Shown here: piece after piece, positions 9,307-19,197 of the stretch | Numbering within the stretch: the first letter of the stretch is position 1 | Layout: every line of letters starts with the position of its first letter | Assembly (NCBI GenBank): GCA_030698625.1 | Contig: JAUYMS010000012.1 | Span: forward strand, 29,872-93,871 | Reading direction: 5' to 3' | Origin: Candidatus Omnitrophota bacterium | GTDB lineage: Bacteria > Omnitrophota > Omnitrophia > Omnitrophales > Aquincolibacteriaceae | DNA: 64,000 nt | Notes under the pieces: generated by a model | The model's database searches: none | What the model was told of the DNA's origin: nothing | The model's input: only the letters and a program-made list of their open reading frames with translations | Made by a program: the position numbers and the translations under genes

Positions 9307-9704
9307 TTGAGCTGATCCTGAATAAGATTAAGATCGATGAAACTCGCAACGAACAGGTGATCGTGTTCCGAGAAAAAGAGGGGACGAGATACCTTCCGGT
9401 GGTGATCGGCTTGCCTGAGGTAAACGCCATCAAGCTCAAACTAAGCGGTTTGACGCCGCCAAGACCGCTGACACATGATCTTCTGCTTGAGACCATTCAG
9501 CATCTGGGTGCTAAGTTGGAAAAGGTCTGCATCGATAAGCTCCAAAACAATACTTTTTACGCAACACTGCACCTCCGCCGTAATGGCGACAATGTGGTGA
9601 TTGATGCCCGGCCGTCGGACGGCGTGGCCTTAGCTCTGCGCGCATCCTCTCCTATCTTTGTTGCCGAAGAAGTCATTGGCGAAGCGGGCGTCACCGAAGT
9701 CTAG
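9303..9704 (+). CDS. bifunctional nuclease family (DUF151)
   Basis: LPVVIG..E..AI, RPLTHDL, FYA.L, DARPSD..ALALR. Confidence 0.92.
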   Translation: MIELILNKIKIDETRNEQVIVFREKEGTRYLPVVIGLPEVNAIKLKLSGLTPPRPLTHDLLLETIQHLGAKLEKVCIDKLQNNTFYATLHLRRNGDNVVIDARPSDGVALALRASSPIFVAEEVIGEAGVTEV

Positions 9705-9716
9705 ATAGGATTTGTT

Positions 9717-10643
9717 ATGGCAGAGACTAAGAAATTTCAGGTTGTTATCATCGGAGCGGGCGGTGCTGGTTTAACGGCGGCCATTTATACCTCTCGCGCT
9801 AAACTTTCTACGGCTATATTTGAGAAGCTAACTCCGGGAGGGCAGATTGCCTTGACCGATTTGGTCGAGAATTACCCCGGTTTTCCGGAGGGGATTCTCG
9901 GGCCGGATGTTTCTCAGCGGATGGAGGCGCAAGCCAAGCGCTATGGTACCGAAGTGATTTACGAAGAAGTGAAGTCAATCGCTAAGCAGAACGGCGGGTT
10001 TCAAATTACGACGGGTTCCGGTTCTTACAGTGCGGCAGCCGTGATCTTGGCTTCGGGAGCTTCTTTTCGCATGGTGGGCGTGCCCGGCGAAAGGGAGCTA
10101 ACAGGCAAGGGTGTTTCGTACTGTGCCACTTGTGACGGGGCTTTCTTCAAGGAGAAGGAGATCGTTGTCGTGGGCGGGGGGGATTCGGCCATGCAGGAAG
10201 GAATTTTTCTAACCCGATTCGCCTCAAAAGTAACCGTCATTCACCGTCGTGACAGTTTACGTGCTAGTCCTATATTGAAGGATCGGGCCAAGGCGAATGA
10301 AAAGATCGAGTTCGTCTGGGATACTGTGATCGAAAAGATACTTGGGGAGAAAAAGGTCGAAGGCGTCAGCCTGCGTAATGTCAAGACCGGCGAGACGCGC
10401 GAATTTCGCACAGACGGTGTTTTTATCTTTATCGGGCATGACCCCAATTCTGCATTAGTGAAAGAGTTTGTGGAAATTGATGAGAGCGGCTATGTGAAGG
10501 CGACCGACTCTCTTCAGACTTCAGTCCCGGGTGTTTTTGCGGCCGGCGAAATCCGTGCCGGCGCCGTGAAGCAGCTTGTGGCTGCTTGCGGTGAAGGGTG
10601 TGAGGCGGCGCTGGCAGCGCAGCATCACATCGAAAACTTATGA
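9717..10643 (+). CDS. trxB: thioredoxin reductase
   Basis: GAGGAG, VENYPGF, GVSYCATCDG, GGGDSA, HRRD. Confidence 0.96.
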   Translation: MAETKKFQVVIIGAGGAGLTAAIYTSRAKLSTAIFEKLTPGGQIALTDLVENYPGFPEGILGPDVSQRMEAQAKRYGTEVIYEEVKSIAKQNGGFQITTGSGSYSAAAVILASGASFRMVGVPGERELTGKGVSYCATCDGAFFKEKEIVVVGGGDSAMQEGIFLTRFASKVTVIHRRDSLRASPILKDRAKANEKIEFVWDTVIEKILGEKKVEGVSLRNVKTGETREFRTDGVFIFIGHDPNSALVKEFVEIDESGYVKATDSLQTSVPGVFAAGEIRAGAVKQLVAACGEGCEAALAAQHHIENL

Positions 10644-11152
10644 GCTTCTTTCGAGTCCTTTCGGCGGTTTTTCTCGTGACTTGTCTCGGAGCATGTTCCC
10701 CGTCCTCCCAGAAAAATGTCGGAGCCCAAGCTCCCGATTTTACCCTGCCGCTCCTTTCGGAAAATTCTTCGCCGGTTACGCTTTCCAATGTTACCGCAGA
10801 GCAGCAGGTACTCCTTGTTTTCTGGGCGACTTGGTGTCCCTCCTGCGTAGCTGAAATACCGGTTTTGAACGAGTGGAATAAGAAGTATGCTTCGCAGGGA
10901 TTGAAGATCTTGGGCATCAATATCGAGGAACCTCGGGGAAAAGTATTGGAGTTTGCCGAGAAATACCCTATGGACTACTCGATACTGCTGGATTCGGACG
11001 GACAGACCGCAGCCGTGTACGGACTCGTTGCCCTGCCTGTCACGGTTATGCTTGCGACTGGCGGTAAGATTATCTATTATGGTTTTGGTTTACCGGAAAT
11101 TGAAGAGTTGATGGATTTGGCACCGTCTCAGAATGTGCCATGGCAAGCTTAA
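10640..11152 (+). CDS. TlpA/ResA-family disulfide reductase lipoprotein
   Basis: Lipobox LGAC, APDFTL, FWATWCPSC. Confidence 0.9.
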   Translation: MSFFRVLSAVFLVTCLGACSPSSQKNVGAQAPDFTLPLLSENSSPVTLSNVTAEQQVLLVFWATWCPSCVAEIPVLNEWNKKYASQGLKILGINIEEPRGKVLEFAEKYPMDYSILLDSDGQTAAVYGLVALPVTVMLATGGKIIYYGFGLPEIEELMDLAPSQNVPWQA

Positions 11153-11173
11153 AACCCTTAAGGAGGAAGTCTC

Positions 11174-11473
11174 ATGGCGCTTGAAGGTGAATTCGGTAAA
11201 GAAGTTAATGAATTGATCCGCATCTTGAAGAAGCTGCTGAAGCACACCGTCAAAGATGAAAAGTGGGTCAAGATGGAATCCCACACTTCTGACAAGGGTC
11301 TTAATATCAATATTTTTCTTCACCCCATGATCCTTCTGAACGCACAAGACTTCGAGAGCTTGGATGAAGCTTACGACAAATACCTGTTCGACAAAGGTAT
11401 GAAGGATGACCTGCCCGGCGAGCTAAGTCCCGAGGACCTCGACTTCCTGAGTCAAAACGGTATCGAATACTAA
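11174..11473 (+). CDS. hypothetical protein
   Basis: AGGAGG SD; 99 aa with an acidic C-terminus; no family recognised. Confidence 0.6.
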   Translation: MALEGEFGKEVNELIRILKKLLKHTVKDEKWVKMESHTSDKGLNINIFLHPMILLNAQDFESLDEAYDKYLFDKGMKDDLPGELSPEDLDFLSQNGIEY

Positions 11474-11487
11474 CCGTTCCTCTGCCC

Positions 11488-12327
11488 ATGCGCACCCGCC
11501 CGTACACAGTCCTCGTGGCTTTGATTATTCTGACGAGTCTATTCCTGCTCGGGATAGGACCTTCACTGGCCGCTGATCTTCATGATCATGCGGCTTGGGA
11601 TGCCTTTCTCAAGAAATACGTGAATGAGGCCGGTGAGGTGCAGTATCAGGCCGTCGCAGATAATCCCGATGACTTGAATGCGTACCTAGACGAGTTGGCG
11701 TCCGTAAATAACATGAGCTTGGGTCGTGACTGGACGCGTGAGGAGAAGTTGGCGCTTTATCTGAATGCCTACCATGCGGGTGTGATACGGCTGATTATCG
11801 AGCATTGGCCCGTAGAGACGATCCAGGAAATCCCCGGAGTTTGGGACCTTCCAGCGGTTCGGATCGGCAAGGAAAGTCACAGTTTAAATCATCTTCGTAG
11901 CCAAGATCTCATTGGTGCATTCCGGGACGAAAAAATTCATCTTGCTCTCGCTTGCGGGGCCAAGGGATGCCCGCGACTCCGTAAGGAAGCCTACTCGGCT
12001 ATGCGCGTGGAGGGGCAGCTCTTTCTGGCGACTCAGGAGTTTGTCAATGATCCCAATCGAACTATTATTTATACGGGTGCCAAAAAAATTGAGCTTTCCA
12101 GAATATTTAAATGGTACGGTTCGGATTTCCGTCTTGATTTTGCGGGTCCAGACGATGAAACTCAGTTCTCCGTTACCGAGACCGCCGTGCTGTCTTTCAT
12201 TGCACATTATTTGCAGGAAGCTGACAAGATTGATTTTCTCTCCCGCCGCAAGTATAAGATCAAATACCTGCCTTTTGAGTGGACATTGAATGAATGGGTG
12301 AGCGATAGTGGCGCCATCGCGAGATAA
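11488..12327 (+). CDS. DUF547 domain exported protein
   Basis: W..FLKKYV...G.V.Y, LA.YLNAY, IHLALACGAKGCP.L, LS.IFKWY..DF, F.W.LN. Confidence 0.9.
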   Translation: MRTRPYTVLVALIILTSLFLLGIGPSLAADLHDHAAWDAFLKKYVNEAGEVQYQAVADNPDDLNAYLDELASVNNMSLGRDWTREEKLALYLNAYHAGVIRLIIEHWPVETIQEIPGVWDLPAVRIGKESHSLNHLRSQDLIGAFRDEKIHLALACGAKGCPRLRKEAYSAMRVEGQLFLATQEFVNDPNRTIIYTGAKKIELSRIFKWYGSDFRLDFAGPDDETQFSVTETAVLSFIAHYLQEADKIDFLSRRKYKIKYLPFEWTLNEWVSDSGAIAR

Positions 12328-13138
12328 ATCCAAGTTTCGAGTTGCTTGTATCCAGACAAAAGCAGGTAAGAACTTCGAATCGAATTGGCGTAGGATTAAG
12401 AGCCAGATTTCAGCAGCACTCCGCAAGCAGCCGCATCTCATTGCTTTGCCCGAAGCATTTTCATGCCGTGCTCCGCGGCAAGCCAATGAAGACATCGCTC
12501 GCCGACAAACGCCTTTTTTAATTCGAGAATTCACTCAGATAGCCAAGAAGAATCGCGTTGCTTTTCTCATGGGAAGTGTTCTGGAGTCCTCCAAGCGGCG
12601 CGGCAAGTTTTACAATACCTCATTGCTCATATCTGAAACGGGCCGCGTTGTGGCTCGGTATCGTAAAATTCATCTTTTTGACATCGGTATGAAGGGCAGG
12701 GTTCGCACTCGGGAATCCAGTCAAATAACACCGGGAAACAGAGTCGTCGTCGGAACTGTCTGGGGTGTTCGCGTAGGATTGTCAATCTGTTATGACCTTC
12801 GATTTCCGGAACTTTTCAGGGCTCTGGCCCAGAAGGGAAGTCGCATTATTTTCATGCCTGCGAATTTTACTTACTTCACCGGCAAGGCACACTGGGAAGT
12901 CTTGCTTCGGGCTCGCGCGATCGAGAACCAGGCTTATGTGGTTGCACCAGCCCAGGCCGGATCGCACCCGGCGACAGGCATAAAGAGTTTTGGTTGCAGC
13001 CTGCTAGTGGATCCCTGGGGTAAAGTGCTGCGACGGGCTGCTCGTGCCGGGGAACAGGTGCTCTGCGCCGATCTGGACTTGCGCTATCAGGCTCGGATTC
13101 GTAGAGAATTCCCTGTTTTGACGCACAGGCGGCTGTGA
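12308..13138 (+). CDS. carbon-nitrogen hydrolase (Nit1/deaminated glutathione amidase-like)
   Basis: E-K-C triad: LPE, YRKIHLFD, ICYDLRFPEL; HWE.LLRARAIENQ. Confidence 0.9.
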   Translation: MAPSRDKSKFRVACIQTKAGKNFESNWRRIKSQISAALRKQPHLIALPEAFSCRAPRQANEDIARRQTPFLIREFTQIAKKNRVAFLMGSVLESSKRRGKFYNTSLLISETGRVVARYRKIHLFDIGMKGRVRTRESSQITPGNRVVVGTVWGVRVGLSICYDLRFPELFRALAQKGSRIIFMPANFTYFTGKAHWEVLLRARAIENQAYVVAPAQAGSHPATGIKSFGCSLLVDPWGKVLRRAARAGEQVLCADLDLRYQARIRREFPVLTHRRL

Positions 13139-13188
13139 AGCTTCCGTATCTTATTCTTATATAGTAACTTACGGCAATAATAAAGGGA

Positions 13189-13217
13189 TTGACAGCGGTC
13201 GACTATTTTCATAATAT
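13189..13217 (+). promoter_or_regulatory. sigma70-type promoter of rplU-rpmA
   Basis: Perfect TTGACA at 13189-13194, then CATAATAT; TAATAT gives a 17-nt spacer. Confidence 0.65.
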
Positions 13218-13273
13218 GTGCAGTCTCAAGCACTTAGCCACGTTGCTGAGTGTTTCTTTCCAGGAGGAATCTC

Positions 13274-13594
13274 ATGGCAGCTTATGCAATTGTAGAAACC
13301 GGCGCAAAGCAGTACTACGTAGAGCTCAACAGCATTCTTGAAGTCGAGAAGCTAAAGCTCGAAGATCAGCAGAAGGAAGTCTGCTTGGATCGCGTTCTGT
13401 TCTACAAAGACGGCGAAAAGACCGAAATCGGCAAGCCGACTGTCGAAGGTGCTCAGGTGGTCTGCGAGTTTCTGGGAAACACGAAGCTTAAAAAGGTTAT
13501 CTCCTTTAAATTTCGCCGCCGTAAAGATTCGCGTCGCAAACACGGGCATCGCCAAGAGGCCACTAAACTCCTGGTCAAAGAGATTAAGGTCTAA
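13274..13594 (+). CDS. rplU: 50S ribosomal protein L21
   Basis: [11 protein letters not shown]...KFRRRK..RRK.GHRQ; AGGAGG SD supports ATG at 13274. Confidence 0.97.
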   Translation: MAAYAIVETGAKQYYVELNSILEVEKLKLEDQQKEVCLDRVLFYKDGEKTEIGKPTVEGAQVVCEFLGNTKLKKVISFKFRRRKDSRRKHGHRQEATKLLVKEIKV

Positions 13595-13616
13595 GGGAAA
13601 GGCCGAGCTTACTTAT

Positions 13617-13862
13617 ATGGCACACACAAAAGCGCAGGGAAGTTCATCAAACGGTCGGGATTCTAACTCCAAAAGGCTTGGCGTCAAGGCTAGCGGTGGT
13701 CAGTTTGTGCGTGCAGGCAGTATCATTGTGCGCCAGCGCGGCAATCGTTTTAGTCCGGGTTTTTTTGTCGGGCGGGGTAATGATTTTACGCTATTCGCTA
13801 AACGGGACGGTATTGTCGAATTCAGAACTAATCACTCGGTTCATATCATTCCTGCACAGTAA
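13617..13862 (+). CDS. rpmA: 50S ribosomal protein L27
   Basis: [24 protein letters not shown]...GSIIVRQRG. Confidence 0.97.
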   Translation: MAHTKAQGSSSNGRDSNSKRLGVKASGGQFVRAGSIIVRQRGNRFSPGFFVGRGNDFTLFAKRDGIVEFRTNHSVHIIPAQ

Positions 13863-13887
13863 AAACCTCAAGTTTCAATTAATCGCT

Positions 13888-13926
13888 AGGCTAAAAAGAT
13901 ATAGGGTTGTCTTTTTAGCCTTTTTT
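13888..13926 (+). terminator. intrinsic terminator after rpmA
   Basis: Stem AGGCTAAAAAGATA / TGTCTTTTTAGCCT followed by a T run. Confidence 0.75.
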
Positions 13927-13986
13927 ATTTCTTAAGCCAATGTCTCATCACATCAAAATAGACAAGAGAAATGGGGCGGTAGTCTC

Positions 13987-14964
13987 ATGACGGTGTTCGT
14001 CGACCACATGCGTGTTGCCGTTCAAGCGGGCAACGGGGGTAACGGCTGTGCGAGCTTCTCTCGCCGTGATGACCGGAAGGTGGTTCCCGACGGAGCGGAT
14101 GGAGGCGACGGCGGGCGAATTATATTCCGCGCGGATACTAACGCACCGCCGCTTGTTTCCCTAAGAAGCCGCCAATATATTATTGCCGAGTCGGGAGGCC
14201 ACGGGAAAGGCGCGCGCAAACGCGGTCGTAACGGCGAAAGCACGGTCATCATTGTGCCTGTCGGAACTCGCATCTATGATCGCGATAAGAATCTGTTAAT
14301 TCGTCAGCTCACAACATCCGGCAGCGAAGTTGTTGTGTGCGAGGGGGGGCGCGGCGGCAGCGGAAATTCGGGGCATCGAGACGCAACGCTCGGAGAAAAG
14401 AAAGGGCCTCTGTCGCTAGAACTGCAATACCGTGTGCCTGCAGATATCTTTCTTGTGGGATTGCCCAATTCAGGCAAGTCGACGTTCCTAAATCGTTTGA
14501 CGCGCGCCCACGTTAAAATAGAATATTATCCTTTTACAACGAGGACTCCTGAGGTGGGGGTGCTGTCTTTTTCTGAGTATGAGCAACTCACTCTGTGTGA
14601 ATTACCTTCGCTTTATGCCGCCTCCGGAGAGGGGCGCGGGATGGGAGCTGATTTCTTGAAGCATCTGGAAGTGGCCAATCTGGTATTGTATTTTCTAGAC
14701 CCGCAATCAGAATTTGCGACATCCCTGGAGGATGGATTAGCTATATTGAAATCTGTTGTCGAAGCCCAGAATTCAGACTTTCTCAACATACCCTACGCGG
14801 TTGTTGTGAATAAAATAGACATAGCAGAAGCGAAAGCTAGTGCCGAGAAACAAGCCTTTGACCCCGGGGTCCCGTGTTTTTATATCTCCGCGCAACAAGG
14901 GGAGGGGCTCAAGCCTTTGAATGAATACTTGAAAGAGGTATACGAAACGAGTCAAGATGCGTGA
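13987..14964 (+). CDS. obgE: Obg/CgtA family GTPase (divergent G3 motif)
   Basis: Gly-rich Obg fold (AGNGGNG, GADGGDGG), G1 GLPNSGKST, G2 YPFTT, G4 NKID; canonical position after rpmA. Confidence 0.9.
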   Translation: MTVFVDHMRVAVQAGNGGNGCASFSRRDDRKVVPDGADGGDGGRIIFRADTNAPPLVSLRSRQYIIAESGGHGKGARKRGRNGESTVIIVPVGTRIYDRDKNLLIRQLTTSGSEVVVCEGGRGGSGNSGHRDATLGEKKGPLSLELQYRVPADIFLVGLPNSGKSTFLNRLTRAHVKIEYYPFTTRTPEVGVLSFSEYEQLTLCELPSLYAASGEGRGMGADFLKHLEVANLVLYFLDPQSEFATSLEDGLAILKSVVEAQNSDFLNIPYAVVVNKIDIAEAKASAEKQAFDPGVPCFYISAQQGEGLKPLNEYLKEVYETSQDA

Positions 14965-16069
14965 CCGATTAAAAACATGCCGCCGTATTGTGATTAAAGT
15001 GGGTACCAGCATCCTTACTTCCCGCAAGGGGAGGTTTACGCCGCGCAGTGTCACACGCTTGGTGGCCGAAGTTTCTTCGCTGTGGCGCCATCAAAAGGAA
15101 GTTGTGCTAGTCAGCTCCGGTGCCATTGCGTTGGGTATGGAGGTAGGGAAATTGAGGCGTCGACCAAGAAAAATGGACCAGCTTCAAGCCTGTGCTGCGA
15201 TGGGACAAGGGAAATTGATGCATGCTTATGAACAGAGTTTTTCCCGTCGGGGAATGCATTCGGCACAGCTTCTCTTGACACGTGATGGACTCGAACAAAG
15301 AAACCGCTACTTGTGTGTGCGGCAGACATTGAGCGCATTGCTTGAGATGAAGGTGGTGCCGATTATCAACGAGAATGACACCGTGGCCACTGAAGAGATT
15401 GCTTTCGGCGATAACGATATCCTCTCCGTGTACGTTGCTGACCTTGTTCACGCGGACCTTCTGGTCATCCTCTCCGATGTCGACGGGTTTCACTTGAGAG
15501 ACGGGTCACGAATTCGCCGCGTTGATTCCGCGGAAGAAATTGATAAGGAACTGGTAAGACATATTCGGGACAGCAAAACTCACACAACGGTCGGCGGCAT
15601 GAAGGCAAAGTTAGAGGCAGCGCGCATTGCGATGCGTCTGGCGGTGCCTTTGCTAATCGTCAACGGCCATCGCGAAGGGATTATCCAACAGGCACTGGCG
15701 GGTGAGGATGTCGGGACTCTCTTTTTGCCCGGAACAGCCCATAAGAGTGCGCGAAAGAAGTGGATCGCCTTCTCTGCGCCTCGGCGCGGGAGAGTTGTGG
15801 TTGATGACGGGGCCTATGAAGCCCTGTCGCGAAGAAAGAGTAGTTTGCTACCGCGAGGCATTGTAGAAGTGCACGGCAATTTTGAGAAAGGTCATGTTGT
15901 TGAGTTATCCATGACTGACGGCAGTGTCTTCGGGCGGGGTGTTGCCCAATTTTCAAGCCGTGATTTGGTCAGCCTGGTTGGAAAAAAGACGGCTGAAATT
16001 CATGAAATCCTAGGTTATAAAGCCCAGGATGAAGCCATACATCGTAATAATCTCGTGCTTTGGAGATAA
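14957..16069 (+). CDS. proB: glutamate 5-kinase
   Basis: VIKVGTS, VSSGA, INENDTV, FGDND, GGM..K; C-terminal PUA domain. Confidence 0.96.
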   Translation: MRDRLKTCRRIVIKVGTSILTSRKGRFTPRSVTRLVAEVSSLWRHQKEVVLVSSGAIALGMEVGKLRRRPRKMDQLQACAAMGQGKLMHAYEQSFSRRGMHSAQLLLTRDGLEQRNRYLCVRQTLSALLEMKVVPIINENDTVATEEIAFGDNDILSVYVADLVHADLLVILSDVDGFHLRDGSRIRRVDSAEEIDKELVRHIRDSKTHTTVGGMKAKLEAARIAMRLAVPLLIVNGHREGIIQQALAGEDVGTLFLPGTAHKSARKKWIAFSAPRRGRVVVDDGAYEALSRRKSSLLPRGIVEVHGNFEKGHVVELSMTDGSVFGRGVAQFSSRDLVSLVGKKTAEIHEILGYKAQDEAIHRNNLVLWR

Positions 16070-16076
16070 AGTCGAC

Positions 16077-17360
16077 ATGAAAAAGAAATCCCGACAAACA
16101 GCTAACCGGTGGAAATCAAAGTTGACGAGAACACTGGCAAACATGAATGAAGCTTCGGGCGAGATGAGCCTATTGTCAAAGAGTATCAAGAATAAGATCC
16201 TCCTCGATGCGGCTCGGAAGCTAGAAACGAATAAGAGTTTTCTCTTAAAGCAGAACGCAAAAGATCTTCGCAGTGGCCGTGAATCGGGGCTCAGTGCAGC
16301 CCTCTTGGATAGGCTCACCCTTACTGACGGCCGAGTTCGTGCCATGGCCGACGGTGTACGCGCGGTTGCATCCTTAGCGGACCCTATCGGACAGGTGAGC
16401 AAGCGTTGGCGCCGTCCAAACGGACTGCGTATTTCGCGTGTGGTTGTTCCGCTCGGGGTTATTTTGATTATTTACGAGTCCCGGCCCAATGTGACCGTGG
16501 AGTGTGCCTCCCTATGTATTAAGAGCGGTAACACTGTTCTGCTTCGGGGAGGACGCGAAGCTTTTAATTCCAACCGGGCCCTAGCGTCTATATTTACGGA
16601 GGCATTGCAGCGCCACCGCCTTCCGAAGGCCGGCGTAAGTTTCGTCGATACCGTGGATCGTGCGGCAGTAGATTTTCTGCTACACAGAGATCAAGAGATT
16701 CAGTTGGTCATTCCCAGAGGCGGTGAGGCCCTTATCCGCAAAGTTGCGAGCACTTCAAGAATCCCGGTCATAAAGCATTATCAGGGTATCTGTCATGTGT
16801 ATGTGGACAAAGACGCGGATATCCAAAAGGCGGTAGCCATTGCTTTCAATGCCAAGGTGCAGAGGCCTTCGGTTTGCAATGCGATGGAAACGCTTTTGGT
16901 TCACGAGAAGGCCGCGGCGCGTATCCTTCCTCCTCTCGGAAAGAAGCTTCGCGAGGCTGGGTGCGAAGTGCGTGGCGACAGATCGACTCGGGGTTTTTTG
17001 CCCTGGGCTCGAAAGGCCAAGAATAGCGACTACGGTTATGAATATCTGGATAAGGTTTTAGCTATTAAAGTGGTTAAGGACATAAACGGGGCGATTCGCC
17101 ATATCCGTGATTACGGTTCGGGGCATACCGATGCGATTGTGACGAAGAATCGAAAAGCAGCGCGTCTTTTTACGGAGCAGGTCGATTCCTCGTCGGTGAT
17201 GGTGAACGCATCAACGCGTTTCGCTGACGGATTTGAGTACGGTTTCGGTGCGGAGATCGGAATATCGACTGATAAGATTCATGCCCGCGGCCCGATGGGG
17301 TTGGAGGGATTGACCTCCTATAAGTACGTTGTAGAGGGCCAAGGACAGATTCGAACTTAA
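16077..17360 (+). CDS. proA: gamma-glutamyl phosphate reductase
   Basis: IYESRPNVT, IPRGG, VCNAMET (catalytic Cys), NASTRFADG, EIGIST.K.HARGP. Confidence 0.96.
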   Translation: MKKKSRQTANRWKSKLTRTLANMNEASGEMSLLSKSIKNKILLDAARKLETNKSFLLKQNAKDLRSGRESGLSAALLDRLTLTDGRVRAMADGVRAVASLADPIGQVSKRWRRPNGLRISRVVVPLGVILIIYESRPNVTVECASLCIKSGNTVLLRGGREAFNSNRALASIFTEALQRHRLPKAGVSFVDTVDRAAVDFLLHRDQEIQLVIPRGGEALIRKVASTSRIPVIKHYQGICHVYVDKDADIQKAVAIAFNAKVQRPSVCNAMETLLVHEKAAARILPPLGKKLREAGCEVRGDRSTRGFLPWARKAKNSDYGYEYLDKVLAIKVVKDINGAIRHIRDYGSGHTDAIVTKNRKAARLFTEQVDSSSVMVNASTRFADGFEYGFGAEIGISTDKIHARGPMGLEGLTSYKYVVEGQGQIRT

Positions 17361-17380
17361 CACCGCACGCGAGGGATGGA

Positions 17381-17971
17381 ATGAAAGTAGGCATACTCGG
17401 CGGCACGTTTGACCCAATTCATGAAGGACATTTGACCCTCGCGCGGTCCGCCATGGGCCAATACGGTCTCGATAAGGTTATCTTTATCCCTGCGTGCATC
17501 CCGCCTAACAAGACAGATCGAAAGAACATGACTCCTGCATCAGAGCGCTTGAGGATGGTGGAGATGGCGCTTCAGCACGAACCCTCCTTTGAGCTTTCCG
17601 AGATGGAGCTAGAGCGATCCGGTATTTCGTATACGGTGGATACTCTTGTCCAGATCAAAGAACGTTTTCCGGACGACGAGCTGTTTCTGATCCTGGGTTT
17701 TGACACACTAAGCGAGATTCCGAGCTGGAGGGATTGCGATCAGATTGCCGGCTTGGCCCGCTTTTTGGTGGCTCGCCGGGGTCCTCTGACCGGAAAGATA
17801 CCGTTTAGGGAAAATGTGCAGTGGATTGACATGGACAATTGTCCTCTGTCGTCTTCAATCATTCGTGAAAAGATTCAACTGGGGCTCTTGGCTCAGGGAG
17901 ATCTGCCGCCGGGGGTGGAGTCCTACATTCGTAAGCAGCGACTTTACGGGGGCAATCCAACATGCAGTTAG
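17381..17971 (+). CDS. nadD: nicotinate-nucleotide adenylyltransferase
   Basis: GGTFDPIHEGH, SYTVDT, SSS.IR. Confidence 0.95.
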   Translation: MKVGILGGTFDPIHEGHLTLARSAMGQYGLDKVIFIPACIPPNKTDRKNMTPASERLRMVEMALQHEPSFELSEMELERSGISYTVDTLVQIKERFPDDELFLILGFDTLSEIPSWRDCDQIAGLARFLVARRGPLTGKIPFRENVQWIDMDNCPLSSSIIREKIQLGLLAQGDLPPGVESYIRKQRLYGGNPTCS

Positions 17972-19197
17972 GCTTGAATCTTCTCATTTTTCTTCTCCTC
18001 TTTGCCTTGGCCACGTTCTTTGCGGGGGCGGAGACGGCTCTTTTTTCTCTGTCCCGTATCGAACGGAGGCGGTTGGAGCGCGGTCATCCGCGATTGGGCG
18101 GGTGGGTTAATGACCACCTTGATAATCCCAAGAGGACATTGGCGACCATTCTTATCGGGAATCTGGTCGTTCATACCCTGGCGACAGCAATGGTCACACT
18201 AATAGCGAAGAAGGTCGTAGGACATCAGGGGATTGGCTTCTCTTTGGTTATTTTTACTCTACTGCTCGTTCTATTTGGTGAAATTCTCCCCAAAACATTC
18301 GCGGTTCGCAATAACGAGGTGTTTTCGCTGTTTGTCGCCATTCCCCTGAAGATATTCTCGTTCCTGTTCTACCCCTTCCGTGTGATAGCACGGCTGGCAA
18401 CCGATCGTATCCTAGGGCTTCTCATCCACGAGAAAATAGAACATAAGGACAAGATGTCTGAAGAGGAGCTCATGACCCTGATCAAAATCGGTGAGGAGGA
18501 GGGCGTTTTAGACCGGCAAGAGCGCTATATGCTGCATAAGCTGTTTGATCTCGGACAGAGACAAGTCAAGGAGATCATGACGCCTCGAGTGGATCTGGCT
18601 GCTCTTGATATCGAAGACAGTGCCGACAGCCACGTCGAAATGATGAGGAAATATCACTTTACACACTTTCCCGTTTATCAGGGATCCTCAGATCACGTAT
18701 TGGGAGTTATATCGGTTGACGAGTATTTGCTGAGCCGTACGCGTGACCTGCGGTCGCTGCTTCAGCAGCCTTTGTTCGTGCCCGAAAGTAAGCGTATCGA
18801 CGATTTGCTGGAAGAATTTCGTGAGAAGCGGCAAAAGTTTGCGATCTGTGTCGACGAGTTTGGCGGTACGGCAGGCATAGTCACGTTAGAGGATATTCTC
18901 GAAGAAATCTTCGGAGAGTATTACGACGAATATGCCGAGATTCAATTGCCTGTCCGCGCTATCGGGGAAAACCGTTTTATCGTTGAGGCGAAAATGAATC
19001 TTGCGGATTTTAACGAGTATTTTTCCACTCATTTGCAGGCTGACGATGCGGCGACGCTTGGCGGATTTATTCTAGAGAGATTAGGAGAGGTTCCGGCGCG
19101 CGGTAAGACCCTTAAAACAGACGAATGTGAGATAACGATCCATGAGGTTATCCGCCAGCGGCGTATCCGAAGCGTGATTGTGAGGCCCCGCCCATGA
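17962..19197 (+). CDS. CNNM/DUF21-CBS-CorC hemolysin-family transporter
   Basis: ETALFSL, TILIGN, FGEILPK, IMTPR, VDEFGGT.G.VT.EDILEEI.GE, TLGG. Confidence 0.92.
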   Translation: MQLGLNLLIFLLLFALATFFAGAETALFSLSRIERRRLERGHPRLGGWVNDHLDNPKRTLATILIGNLVVHTLATAMVTLIAKKVVGHQGIGFSLVIFTLLLVLFGEILPKTFAVRNNEVFSLFVAIPLKIFSFLFYPFRVIARLATDRILGLLIHEKIEHKDKMSEEELMTLIKIGEEEGVLDRQERYMLHKLFDLGQRQVKEIMTPRVDLAALDIEDSADSHVEMMRKYHFTHFPVYQGSSDHVLGVISVDEYLLSRTRDLRSLLQQPLFVPESKRIDDLLEEFREKRQKFAICVDEFGGTAGIVTLEDILEEIFGEYYDEYAEIQLPVRAIGENRFIVEAKMNLADFNEYFSTHLQADDAATLGGFILERLGEVPARGKTLKTDECEITIHEVIRQRRIRSVIVRPRP

